Positions 11,411 through 23,872 of a stretch of DNA of 64,000 nucleotides are shown here, piece by piece. A model generated the notes under the pieces. The model searched no databases. It was given only the letters and a program-made list of their open reading frames with translations, and was not told the DNA's origin. Source of the DNA: Anaeramoeba ignava BMAN (Eukaryota > Protista > Anaeramoebae); NCBI GenBank assembly GCA_028826165.1, contig JAPDFW010000053.1, positions 496,001 through 560,000 on the forward strand. The letters run 5' to 3'. The translations under genes were made by a program, and so were the position numbers. How positions within the stretch are numbered: position 1 is the first letter of the stretch; each line of letters opens with the position of its first letter.

Positions 11411-11791
11411 TGAAAAAAATGAAAAATGAAAAATTATTTTTTCTTCTTTTTCTTTTTCATTTTCTTTTTCATCAGAATCAGATCCAAAAAATGAATCAAA
11501 AAAACTTTTACTTTTTTCAATTTTGTTTTCTTTTTTCTTTTTCTTGGATTATTTGAAAATTTTTCTAAATTGAAAAAATTTTTAGACTTGATTAAATTTA
11601 TACAAAAAAAAAATGAATGTATTTTTTCTCCTTTTTTATTTTTTCTCCATTTAATAAAAAAAAAATAAAAAAATAAAAAAAATACAAAAATTTCAATTTA
11701 TTTTTTTTCTTTTCTGGCAATTTTGCTCTAAAAAAATTTTTTTTTCTCCTTTACATTTGTTTTTTTATTTTATCTTTACATTCAAACATAA

Positions 11792-14700
11792 ATGACTGAT
11801 AATAAAACTGAAACATCAAAGCAACAAACTGATCAACAATCAGAAAACACATCTAAAGCACTCCAGACACATGGAACCTTTGTTAAAGTATTTTTCACTC
11901 TTCGATCTCCAATCAAATACCAATTTAAAAGATGATTTATTTTACTTATTTTTTTAAATTGCAACTTTTAAATTGATCTTTTATAAACAAAAAAAAAATA
12001 TTAAAAAAAAAAATTAACTAAATTATTATAAATAAAAATAAAAATAAAAATAAAACTCCACATCATCACATTTAAAATTAAAAATCCTCGCTTTTTTTGT
12101 GCGCAAAAGTACGAGAAACTATTGAAAAAAGACGGTTTGCAAACGCATCATTTAGGATTTGATACGGAAACAAAAAAGAAAGTTATCTGGAATAAAATCC
12201 GTATTGAAAAAATCAGCGAAACTGAAAAGCGAAATTTGATTGAAAGAATTGATCAGATAAAGTTGATCAAATCACCTTTTATCATTGAGATTTTTGATTA
12301 TTGGATCGATTCAAAAAGCGTTTATTTTATAACGGAATATTTTGAAAGTCAATCACTTCATTCTTATATAAATAAAAATTCAAGTGTGGATCTTGAGCAA
12401 ATACGCCAGTTTTGCCGCATTATTTTAAACGCTCTTCTTCTTTTACATTCACATTCTCCTCCAATTATTCATAGGCATCTTAGAACAACAAATATTCGTT
12501 TAGTTAAGCAATCAAATTCTCTTAAAATTGGTCATTTGGGTGTTTCTGCTCTTCCTCAGAATGATTATATTTCAAAGATTTCAAGTATTTCCTTTCCAAA
12601 TTTTTAAATATTTTTTAAATATTATTTTAAATATTATTTTAAATATAATCAAAATTTTTTAATTATAATTTTTATATATTTTTTAATTATAATTTTTAAA
12701 TTTAAATTTTGCTTTATTTTTTTTTTCAAAGATGATCCTCGTTTTATGGCTCCTGAATTATCTGAATCTGAAATTACAGAAAAGGTTGATATTTATTGTT
12801 TTGGTATTTGCTTTTTTGAAATGTTAGTGAGAAAAATACCATATTCAGAATGTGGATCACCAGTTCAAGTTTTGAAACAAGTTTTATCGGTTAGTTTATA
12901 AAATTATTTATAAAATTATTTATAAAATTATTTATAAAATTATTTATAAAATTAATTATAAAATTATTTATTAAATTATTTATTAAATTAAATATAAAAT
13001 TATTTATTAAATTAATTATAAAATTATTTATTAAATTACTTATAAAATTATTTATAAAATTATTTATAAAATTAAATATAAAATTAAATATAAAATTATT
13101 TATAAAATTATATATAAAATTATATATAAAATTATTTATAAAATTATTTATAAAATTATTTATTAAATTATTTATTAAATTATTTATTAAATTACTTATA
13201 AAATTAATTATAAAATTATTTATAAAATTATTTATAAAATTATATATAAAATTATATATAAAATTATTTATAAAATTATTTATAAAATTAAATATAAAAT
13301 TATTTATAAAATTATTTTATAAAATTAATTATAAAATTAATTAGAAAATTATTTATAAAATTATTTATAAAATTATTTATAAAATTATTTATAAAATTAT
13401 TTATAAAATTATTTATAAAATTAATTATAAAATTAAATATAAAATTAAATATAAAATTATTTATAAAATTATTTATAAAATTATTTATAAAATTATTTAT
13501 AAAATTATTTATAAAATTATTTATAAAATTATTTATAAAATTATTTATAAAATTATTTATAAAATTATTTATAAAATTATTTATAAAATTATTTATTAAA
13601 TTAAATATAAAATTATTTATTAAATTATTTATAAAATTATTTATAAAATTAATAGTAAAATTAATTATTAAATTATTTATAAAATTAATTATAAAATTAT
13701 TTATAAAATTATTTATTAAATTATTTATTAAATTATTTATAAAATTAATTATAAAATTATTTATAAAATTATTTATTAAATTATTTATTAAATTATTTAT
13801 AAAATTATTTATTAAATTATTTATTAAATTATTTATTAAATTATTTATTAAATTACTTATAAGATTAATTATAAAATTATTTATAAAATTATTTATAAAA
13901 TTAATTATAAAATTATTTATAAAATTGTTTATAAAATTATTTATAAAATTAATTATAAAATTATTTATAAAATTATTTATAAAATTAAATATAAAATTAT
14001 TTATAAAATTATTTATAAAATTATTTATAAAATTATTTATTAAATTAAATATAAAATTATTTATAAAATTAATTATAAAATTAAATATAAAATTATTTAT
14101 TAAATTATTTATAAAATTATTTATAAAATTATTTATAAAATTAATTATAAAATTAATTATAAAATTAAATATAAAATTATTTATAAAATTGTTTATAAAA
14201 TTATGTATAAAATTATATATTAAATTATTTATAAAATTATTTATAAAATTAATTATAAAATTATTTATTAAATTATTTATTAAATTATTTATTAAATTAT
14301 TTATAAAATTATTTATTAAATTAAATATTAAATTATTTATTAAATTGTTTATAAAATTATTTATTAATTTATTTATTAAATTACTTATAAAATTAATTAT
14401 AAAATTAATTATTAAATTATTTATAAAATTAAATATAAAATTAAATATAAAATTAATTATAAAATTATTTATAAAATTATTTATAAAATTAAATATAAAA
14501 TTAAATATAAAATTATTTATAAAATTATTTATAAAATTGTTTATAAAATTATTTATTAAATTATTTATAAAATTATTTATTAAATTATTTATAAAATTAT
14601 TTATTAAATTAAATAGAAACAACCTCCAGAATTATTAGAAACAATTTCACCTCCTGAACTTCAAGATCTTGTTCGGCAATGCTTAAATTTTGATCCAAAA

Positions 14701-16580
14701 TCAAGACCAAGTGTTCAAGAAATATTATCACATTCTTTCTTCACATCACCTAAAATTACAGAATCAATACAAGAACAAAAAACTACCGGTACAAAATCTG
14801 CAAAATTCGCAGAACCAAAACAACAAAAGCACACAACAAAACACAAACACAAACACAAACACAAACACAAAAATAATAACAATAACAATAACAATAAAAT
14901 TAAAAACCAAAATCAAAATCAAAATCAAATTCAAAATCAAAATAAAAATCAAAATCTAAATCTAAATCAAAATCAAAATCTAAATCAAAATAAAAATCTA
15001 AATCTAAATCAAATTCAAATTCAAAATCAAAATCAAAATCAAAATCAAATTCAAAATCAAAATCAAAATCAAAATCAAATTAAAAATCAAAATCAAAATC
15101 AAAATCAAAATCAAAATCAAAATCAAAATCAAATTAAAAATCAAAATCAAAATCAAAATCAAAATCTAAATCAAAATCAAAATCTAAATCAAAATCAAAA
15201 TCTAATTGAAAATCAAAATCTAATTAAAAACCAAATTCAAAATCAAAATCAAAATCAAAATCAAAATCTAAATCAAAATCAAAATCAAAATCTAAATCAA
15301 AATCAAAATCAAATTCAAAATCAAATTCAAAATCAAAATCAAAATCAAAATCAAATTCAAAATCAAAATCAAAATCAAAATCAAAATCAAAATGAAAATC
15401 AAATTCAAAATCAAAATCAAAATCAAAATCAAATTCAAATTCAAAATCAAAATCAAATTAAAACACAAACACAAAAACAAAAAAACAAACAAACAAAAAC
15501 ACAAAAACAACAAAATCTTAATAAAAAACAAAAACAAAAACAAAAACAAAAACAACCACAAATAAATTCAAATCAAAAAGACATAAATGATTCCAAAAAT
15601 AATTCTCCAAATTTCGGTCTCGTGAATTTTTCTCTCGAAATCAAATTTGAAGATCAAGCTTTTGTTGTTGAATTTTCTTTTGATCTTGATAATGATGATC
15701 CAGCTGAAGTTGCAAAAGAACTTGCTGAAAAATTTTCAACTACAAATTATGGACCAATTGAAACTGCAATTCGGGAATTAGTTGGTAATAAATTTAAATT
15801 AATATTAAAATTAAAATCAAAATTAAAATTATAATCAAAATCAAAATTAAAATTAAAATTAAATTTAAAATTAAAATTAAAATTAAAATTAAAATCAAAA
15901 TTAAAATCAAAAATTAAAATTAAAATTAAAATTAAAATTAAAATTAAAATTAAAATTAAAAATTAATATTAAAATTAAAATTAAAAATTAAAATTAAAAT
16001 TAAAATTAAAATTAAAATTAAAATTAAAATTAAAATTTAAAATTAAAATTAAAATTAAAATTAAAATTAAAATTAAAATTAAAATTAAAATTAAAATTAA
16101 AATTAAAATTAAAATTAAAAATTAAAATTAAAATTAAAATTAAAATTGAAATTAAAATCAAAATTAAAATAGTTAAAAAGAAATCAGAAATTACTCAGCA
16201 ACATTTACCACTTAAATCAGATTCAACTGAAAATATCATTTCCTCTTTTCAAATACATAAGAAAAAAAATGTTGAAGAAGAAGATTTAATTGATATGACA
16301 GATAAAATAGAAAAAAGAGAAAAATTTGAAAAACTTAAAAAAATTATAATTGAAGAATATGATTATAATTTAAAAGGTGAAAAATCTCCAATTCAATTAA
16401 ATCAACAAGAAATTTCTCAATCAAAAACTAATGAAAACCAAAAAGAACAAAATGAAAATCAAAATCAAAATGAAAATGAAAATGGAAATGAAAATGAAAA
16501 ATCAAAATGAAAATCAAAATGAAAAACAAAATCAAAATGAAAAAGATCAAGAACATGAAAATGAAAAGAAGAAAGATTAA
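11792..16580 (+). CDS. WNK/NRBP-family pseudokinase with Q/N-rich linker and CCT-like domain (5 exons)
   Basis: Exons 11792-11887, 12110-12584, 12732-12889, 14617-15784 and 16173-16510/16580, all GT-AG and phase-consistent. Motifs GFDTETKKKVIWN, PPIIHRHL, KIGHLG, FMAPE, KVDIYCFG, PYSEC and VEFSFDLDNDDPAEVAKEL. A likely one-base error near 16500 affects the stop position. Confidence 0.85.
12896..14612. repeat. 12-bp satellite (AAATTATTTATA)n filling intron 3 of the WNK-like gene
   Basis: About 140 copies between the GTTAGT donor (12890) and the AG acceptor (14616). Confidence 0.95.
15790..16170. repeat. Intronic hexamer (TAAAAT)n
   Basis: Fills intron 15785-16172. Confidence 0.9.
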
Positions 16581-16966
16581 CCCTTTTTTTTCAACGAAGC
16601 TGTTTTTTTTTAATTTGATGAAAAATCTTAATTTAATTTGATTTGATTTGATTTGATTGAATTTGATTTGATTGGATTTGATTTGATTTGATTTGTTTTT
16701 TTTATAAAAACAAAAAAGAATAAGAATTTTTTTTTAATAATAATAATGAAATGTGATTTTCTTTTCTTTCCTTTTTCTTTACTTTTTTTACTTTGATTTT
16801 TTCGCTAAAAAAGGTACATTCAACTTAATAAACAGCTTTGTTTGTATTTTTCTTTCTCAAACTTAACCTAAACAAGATTTTTAGAATAATTTTTAATTTC
16901 ATTTTTTTTTTAAATTCATTTTTTTCATTTTTTTCTTTTTTATTTAATTTAAAATTTAAAATTAAA

Positions 16967-17662
16967 ATGAATAACGGAAATAAAGAGAATCAATTAAATA
17001 ATAAGGAAATTTCGGATCTTTTATTATTTTTTCAAAATCTTCATTTAAAAACTCAAAAAAAACAAATAGAAAAACAATTTATTATTCAAAATGAAGAAAA
17101 TTCATTTCAAGATGAAAAAATACAAAATGAAGAACTTCTTGAAAATCTTTCTTTGCTTGAAAAAAACTATTTCGAAACAAGAACAAAAGAAAAGTTTTCA
17201 GAAGAATTATCAACTTATTTATTAAAATATTTAGGATTAAAAAATCAAAATGAACAAGAAATAAAAAAACAAAAGAAAAATTTGAAACAAGAAAAAAATC
17301 AAGTGCAAAAATTGGATGAAAAAATTATTATGCTTGAAAAAGATTTGATAAAAATTCAAGATCGAAATCAACAAATTCTTTTAAAAACTTTTCAAACAAT
17401 CCAAGAAAATAAAAAACTTTATCAAGAAATTGTGAAGAAAAAACAAAAGAAAAATCAATTTGGAAAAAATGAAATGATTCCTGATAATTTTTTATCTCAA
17501 GAAAATAAAGAAGAAAGAGAAAAAGAAAAGCAAGAAATTGAGAAATTAAAAGCTTATAGAAATGGATTGGAAAATATTTTTAAAAATTTAATTATTGAAA
17601 GTGGAATTGATTGGTCTAAAATTCCTTCTTTAAAAAAAATAATTTTAAATAAGAAAAATTAA
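16967..17662 (+). CDS. CENPH: Centromere protein H (CENP-H/Fta3/Mcm16)-like coiled-coil kinetochore protein
   Basis: Long coiled coil ending in LENIFKNLIIESGIDWSKIPSLKKII, which matches the CENP-H C-terminal signature (xNxFQxLIxGSxVxWAxDxxLxxIV). Confidence 0.65.
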   Translation: MNNGNKENQLNNKEISDLLLFFQNLHLKTQKKQIEKQFIIQNEENSFQDEKIQNEELLENLSLLEKNYFETRTKEKFSEELSTYLLKYLGLKNQNEQEIKKQKKNLKQEKNQVQKLDEKIIMLEKDLIKIQDRNQQILLKTFQTIQENKKLYQEIVKKKQKKNQFGKNEMIPDNFLSQENKEEREKEKQEIEKLKAYRNGLENIFKNLIIESGIDWSKIPSLKKIILNKKN

Positions 17663-17717
17663 TAAAAAAAAATTTTTTTCAAAATTAATTATTTTTCATT
17701 TTTTTCTTTCATTTTAA

Positions 17718-20671
17718 ATGCAACCTTTTGATTCAATTTCAACTGTATTTGCTTTTTTATACTCATATTTATATATTTATATTTATATTTATATTCTTTT
17801 TATTATTTGAATAGAATTGTTTTCTTGTTAGACCAAAAAATATTGAAGAATCACAAGAAATTGAAAATTTTTATCAAAAATATCAAAAATTTCATCCAAA
17901 AGAACCAAAAAAATATATTGAAGAAAGATGGAAAATGTTTCAATCTTCATATAATTTAATAGAAAAAACAACAATTGTAAAAAATCAATTTCAATATTAA
18001 TATCAATATCAAAATAAATTTCAATTTCAATTTCAATATCAAAATCAATTTCAATTTCAATATCAATATTAATTTAAATATCAATTTCAAAATCAAAATC
18101 AATTTCAATATAAATTTCAATATCAATATCAAAATAAATTTCAATATCAATATTAATTTAAATATCAATTTCAATTTCAATTTCAATTTCAAAATCAATA
18201 TAAATTTTAAAATGATTTTAATTGAAAATTTTTAAATAGAAAGTTATCCAAGATTTAAACAAGGAAATTTTCCAAAAAATTCATAATTTTTTATTTGATT
18301 CAACTTTTGATAAACCAAATAATGAAATTTTATCAGCTATTTTAAGTTCAGGAATAAGTTCTTCTGATTATGAAATGATATTATTTGATTTTTTTGAAGA
18401 AATTAAATCTAAAGCATTTCAAGAAAAACACTTTTTTATTCAATTACTTCCAACTCAATCTTCTAAATTACATACAATTTTTTTATCAATTTTTAATCAA
18501 ATGGGATTAAATTCTCCAAAAGTATTAAAAATTAAAATTAAAATTAAAATTCATTTTAAAAATTAAAAATTAAAATTCATTTTAAAATTAAAATTAAAAT
18601 CGGATAAAAAATTAAAATTAAAATTAGTTTAATTCAATTGCAAACTTAAGAGAAATTGATATGTCAGTAATTTCAGATTTATATCATCAAGTGGGAAAAA
18701 ATTCCAAATTTATTATTCTTTTTGAAAATATAGAAAATTTCCAAAGTCAAATAATCCAAGATTTCATTTCAATTTGCAAGTAAAATAACAACTAAATTTT
18801 AAAAGGAAAAAAAGGATAAATTTTCAATTATTAAAAAAAAATATTTCCTTTTTGGTTTTTTTTTGGAAAAAAAGATTATATAATCAAGAAATAGATTTTG
18901 CATTCATTTTTACTTTAACATCACCAATCGCAACTTTAAATAATTTATTTTCACGTTCAACACTTTCTCATCTTATAACTGAAAATTTTCAATTACAACA
19001 TACAGAAATACTTTCAAAAAAATTATTCCAAAAAGTAAAAAAAAAAAACAAAATATTTTTATTCATTCTCTTTATTTAATCGTATTTTCTCTTTTTAATC
19101 CAAAAAAACTAATTAGATTTTTTTTCATCTTGATTTTGAAAAAAATCCCATAATTATCTTTGCAAGTGAAATGATCCAAATTTTTAATCATATGTTTTTG
19201 AATTTTGATCATTCAATCAAAACATTTTTAAATATGATGAAAATTTCACTTTTGGAACATTTTTCAAATCCAATTTTTGTTTTTCGAGTTTTAAATGATA
19301 ATAATGATGATAATAATAATATTATTAACAAAAATCAACTCAATTTGAATCCATTAAATTTTCATTTGAAAAAAATTCGAAAATTAAAATCACTTGATTT
19401 GGATGTTGAAAAAAATGATTCAGATGATAAGCAATTAACTTCAAAAGAAATTGAAAAAATGGTTATTAAATTAACAAATCATTTGATTCAATTATCAAGT
19501 TCATTAGAGGTTATTTATGAATTGATAACAAGATATTCACCAAATACAAGAATTTCAAGAGTGGAAATTTATGAAGAAAATATGTGGAGATCAATTCATC
19601 AAAGAGTTTCTTTTAAAAAAATTATGCAAGCTTTAACTAAAAATCATTCTTTATTGAAAATTTGCAATTTATTTTTTGAAATTCTTCAAAATCAAAATCA
19701 AAATCAAAATCAACTTTATAAAAAAGAGATTGATGAATTATCAAAAATTTTTATCATATTTCAAGACTTGGAATCAAAAAAAGAAAAAGAACTTCAAAAT
19801 ATTTCACAAAATAATCAAGAAAATTCACGAAAATTAAAAAAATTTGGTTCTGCAAAAAGAAGAAATGAAATGTTAAAAGCAAATATTTATAATAAATCAG
19901 GAAAAATTCTTGAAACGAAAAATACATCATTTACTAAAGAAAATTATCAAATGGTTCAAAGTTTTTTTGAAAATTTTTTTGAAAATCGACTTCCAAATAT
20001 TAATTCACTTCCACTTTCAGAAATATTTACTGTTTCGAAATATACAGAAATTGAAAATGATTTTTTTCCATATCCAAGAATTGAAATTCATGAAGCTTTA
20101 AATAATCCTGAAAAATTTATAAAGAGGAAATATGAAAATATTGGAATTGATGAAAATGAAAATAATGAAAATAATGAAAATATTGAAAATGATGAAAATA
20201 ATGAAAATATTGAAAATGATGAAAATATTGAAAATGATGGAAATGATGAAAATATTGAAAATGATGAAAATATTGAAAATGATGAAAATATTCAAATCGA
20301 AGAAAATGATGAAAATATTGAAAATGAAAATATTCAAGTTCAAGAAAATAATCAATTTCTTCCTGATATGGCTATTATGTATAATTACTATATTAGTTGT
20401 GGGAAATTCATTAATTTATATGATTGGTTCAAATCTTTTAAATCACATTTCTCTTCTCAAAAAATTTCTAAAAAGAAATTAAAATATCCTTTTTTAATAA
20501 TTTAACAAAAAAATTTATTTCTATTTTTATTTATATTATTTTATTTCTTGACAAATTTATTTTACATTTAGGTTTCTTCAAGGTTTAAATGATTTTCAAT
20601 TTATGGGATTAATTCAAGAAACAAAAAGAAAAGTGGATCATGTTATGAAAACTGGTTTTTTGAAATTTTAA
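17718..20671 (+). CDS. ORC3: Origin recognition complex subunit 3 (7 exons; last intron U12-type AT-AC)
   Basis: Exons 17718-17744, 17815-17976, 18240-18521, 18628-18779, 18875-19034, 19117-20483 and 20566-20671. Motifs CFLVRP, IILFENIENF...IQDFI, SLLEHF, LPLSEIF, PRIEIHEALNNP, PDMAIMY...GKFINLYDWF, RFLQGLNDFQFMGLI..TKRKVDHV. Confidence 0.92.
20484..20565 (+). other. U12-type (minor spliceosomal) AT-AC intron
   Basis: 5' site ATATCCTTTT, branch point TTCTTGAC (20545-20552), 3' site TTTAC. Removal restores the frame and the conserved ORC3 C-terminus. Confidence 0.88.
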
Positions 20672-21560
20672 ATTGGATTTTTAAATTGAATTTTTGGATT
20701 GAATTTGAATTGATTTTAAATTGGATTTATTTTTTGGATTTAAATTGAATTTAAATTGAATTGATTTTTAAATTGAATTGATTTTAAATTGAATTGATTT
20801 TAAATTGAATTGATTTTGAATTTAAATTGAATTTTTGAATTTAAATTGAATTGAATTTTAAATTAAATTTTTGGATTGATTTTAAATTGAATTTTTGGAT
20901 TGAATTTGAATTGGATTTTAAATTAAATTTTTGGATTTATTTTAAATTGAATTGATTTTAAATTGGATTTTTTATTGATTTTAAATTGAATTGAATTTAA
21001 ATTGAATTTTTGGATTGATTTTAAATTGATTTTTAAATTGAATTGATTTTAAATTGAATTTTTTGGATTTATTTTAAATTGAATTTAATTTGAAATTTTT
21101 GGATTGATTTTAAATTGAATTTTTGGATTGAATTTGAATTAAATTGAATTTTTTGGATTTATTTTAAATTGAATTGATTTTAAATTGGATTTATTTTAAA
21201 TTGAATTTTTGGATTGAATTTTTGAATTGAATTTTAAATTAAATTTTTGGATTGATTTTAAATTGAATTTTTGGATTGAATTTGAATTGAATTTTAAATT
21301 AAATTTTTGGATTGAATTTTAAATTGAATTGAATTTAAATTGGATTTTAAATTGGATTTTAAATTGAATTGATTTTGAATTTAAATTGAATTTTTAAATT
21401 GAATTTTTTGGATTGATTTTAAATTGAATTTTTGAATTTAAATTGAATTGAATTTAAATTGAATTGAATTTAAATTGAATTTTTTGGATTGATTTTTAAA
21501 TTGAATTGAATTTTAAATTGGATTTTAATTTGAAATTTTTGGATTTATTTTAAATTGAAT
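20672..21560. repeat. Intergenic degenerate satellite (TTTTAAATTGAATT/TTTTTGGATT units)
   Basis: Direct inspection; starts immediately after the ORC3 stop. Confidence 0.85.
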
Positions 21561-21894
21561 TTTTTTCCTTTTTTTTCTTTTATTTTTGCTTCATTTTAGT
21601 TTTGGTTTGTTTTGGAAAGTTGGAATGTTATTAATTTTTTTTTTCAAGAAACCAAAAAAAAAAGATTCTTAATTTAATTTCTCTTTCTTTTATTTTTTTG
21701 ATTTTTTGTTGGTTTTTTCTTCTTTAATTTAATACAAAATTCATTAAAATTAAAAACACGTTTCAAGAAAAAAAAAATTTTTAATTTCTTTTTTAAATTT
21801 TTATTTTTTCATTTTTTTTCTTTTTATTTTATCAAATTAAATCAAACAATTTTTTTATTCAATTTTTTCCTTTTTTAATTTCAATTTAATTTTA

Positions 21895-23837
21895 ATGTCA
21901 ACTGATCTTTCTTCACCTCCTCATCGTTTTGTACCATTTTTTAGTGATCCAAATCTTGAAAATTCAAAACAAAATTTAGAAATTCAAAAACCTCAAATTT
22001 TTTCTTGTCCAACTTCTGATTTTTCTCAACCAGAAATTATTGAAGAAGTAGAAGAAATGGATTCAAATCTTTCAGTTATAAAATCAAACAAAAAAGATCA
22101 TAGTGAGTTATCTTTTTGTACTTAATCCATTTTCAGTTCAAAACCTTTTTCAAATTTAATTTATAATTTAATTTATAATTTAATTTATAATTTAATTTAT
22201 AATTTAATTTATAATTTAATTTATAATTTTATTTATAATTTAATTTATAATTTAATTTATAATTTTATTTATAATTTTATTTATAATTTTATTTATAATT
22301 TTATTTATAATTTAATTTATAATTTTGTTTATAATTTTATTTATTATTTAATTTATAATTTAATTTATAATTTAATTTATTATTTAATTTATAATTTTAT
22401 TTATTATTTAATTTATAATTTAATTTATAATTTTATTTATAATTTAATCTATAATTTTATTTATAATTTAATTTATAATTTTATTTAAAATTTTATTTAT
22501 AATTTTATTTATAATTTTATTTATAATTTTATTTATAATTTTATTTATAATTTTATTTATAATTTTATTTATATTTTTATTTATAATTTTATTTAATTTT
22601 TAGCTGATCAAACAAATACAAAAGAATCATCAATTCCAGAATTAAATTCACAAGATAAGGCATTACCAAAAGAAAATCAAAAAGAAAGCAAAAAAACGGA
22701 ACATTTAAATCCGAAAAAAAAAAAACCAAAACAAAAAAAAAATAAAGCATCACTTGAAGAAAATTCAAAAAAATTATTTACAAAATTTTTAATGTTTCAA
22801 GAAAAACTTTCAATTGGAAAAAGTAAATGTGATAAAGAACTTAACAAGTTAATGACAGAAATAGCAAATCAAATGAAAAAAGTTGAAACACAAAAAGTGG
22901 AAATTTCTCAAACAAAAAATAAAAAACAAAAGAAAAAAAACGAATTAAGTTATTTTTCTTCTGAAACAAGTAAATTACAATATCTTCAAAGACTTCAAGA
23001 ATTTCAAGGAATTGCACAGTTAATAATTCATACAAAAACAGCAGAATTAACAACAGATTTATGTACTCAATTTCTTGAAAAAGCCCAAAAAGGTATTGAG
23101 AAATGGAATCCCGATTGGCCAATTCCTGATCTTGCATCTAAATTAACATTTAATATATCAAAAATTCGACATTTAATTGATAATATGGTATTTAATTAAT
23201 TTGAATATTTAATTGATTTAATTTAATTTATTTAATATTTAATTGATTTTATTTGATTTATTTAATTGATTTTATTTAATTTAATTGATTTGATTTAATT
23301 GATTTGAATATTTAATATTTAATTGATTTAATATTATTTTATTAATTTAATTGATTTAATTTAATTGATTTAATATTATTTTATTTAATATTTAATTAAT
23401 TGATTTAATTGATTTAATTAATTTAATTGATTTAATATTTAATATTTAATTGATTTAATTTAATTGATTTAATTGATTTAATTGATTTAATTTAATTGAT
23501 TTGATTTATTTAATATTTATTTTATTGATTTGATTTAATTGATTTGATTTAATTGATTTAATTTATTTGATTTAATTGATTTAATTTAATTGATTTAATA
23601 TTTAATATTTAATTTAATATTTAATTTAATATTTAATTTAATATTTAATATTTAATATTTAATATTTAATAGGAAACAGAAACACTTGAACTTCCAATTA
23701 TTGGCCAAGAATCTTTTAAAAAAAAGTAAATTCTTTTATCATTTCCATTTTTTTTTTCAATTTTTTTACTCATTTTATCTTTCTTTATTTAGTTTAAATC
23801 CAACTATTCCTCAAAATTCCCAAAAAACAAACAAAAC

Positions 23838-23872
<35 letters not shown>

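Noticed and set aside
11925-11985. Possible intronic box C/D snoRNA in WNK intron 1 (AAAAGATGATT...AATTGATCTTTT stem)
   Set aside because: It lacks canonical RTGATGA and CTGA boxes; short AT-rich inverted repeats are expected by chance.
15785-16172. Alternative genetic code (TAA=Gln), suggested by TAAAAT/CAAAAT interchange
   Set aside because: Conserved genes end at TAA exactly where homologs end (ORC3, SUN), conserved exons have no in-frame TAA/TAG, and the tract is bounded by GT-AG.
20566-20571. Alternative AT-AG end (AG at 20570-20571) for the ORC3 minor intron
   Set aside because: It is in frame but deletes the conserved Arg of the xRF motif and lies farther from the branch point; AC at 20565 fits U12 spacing better.
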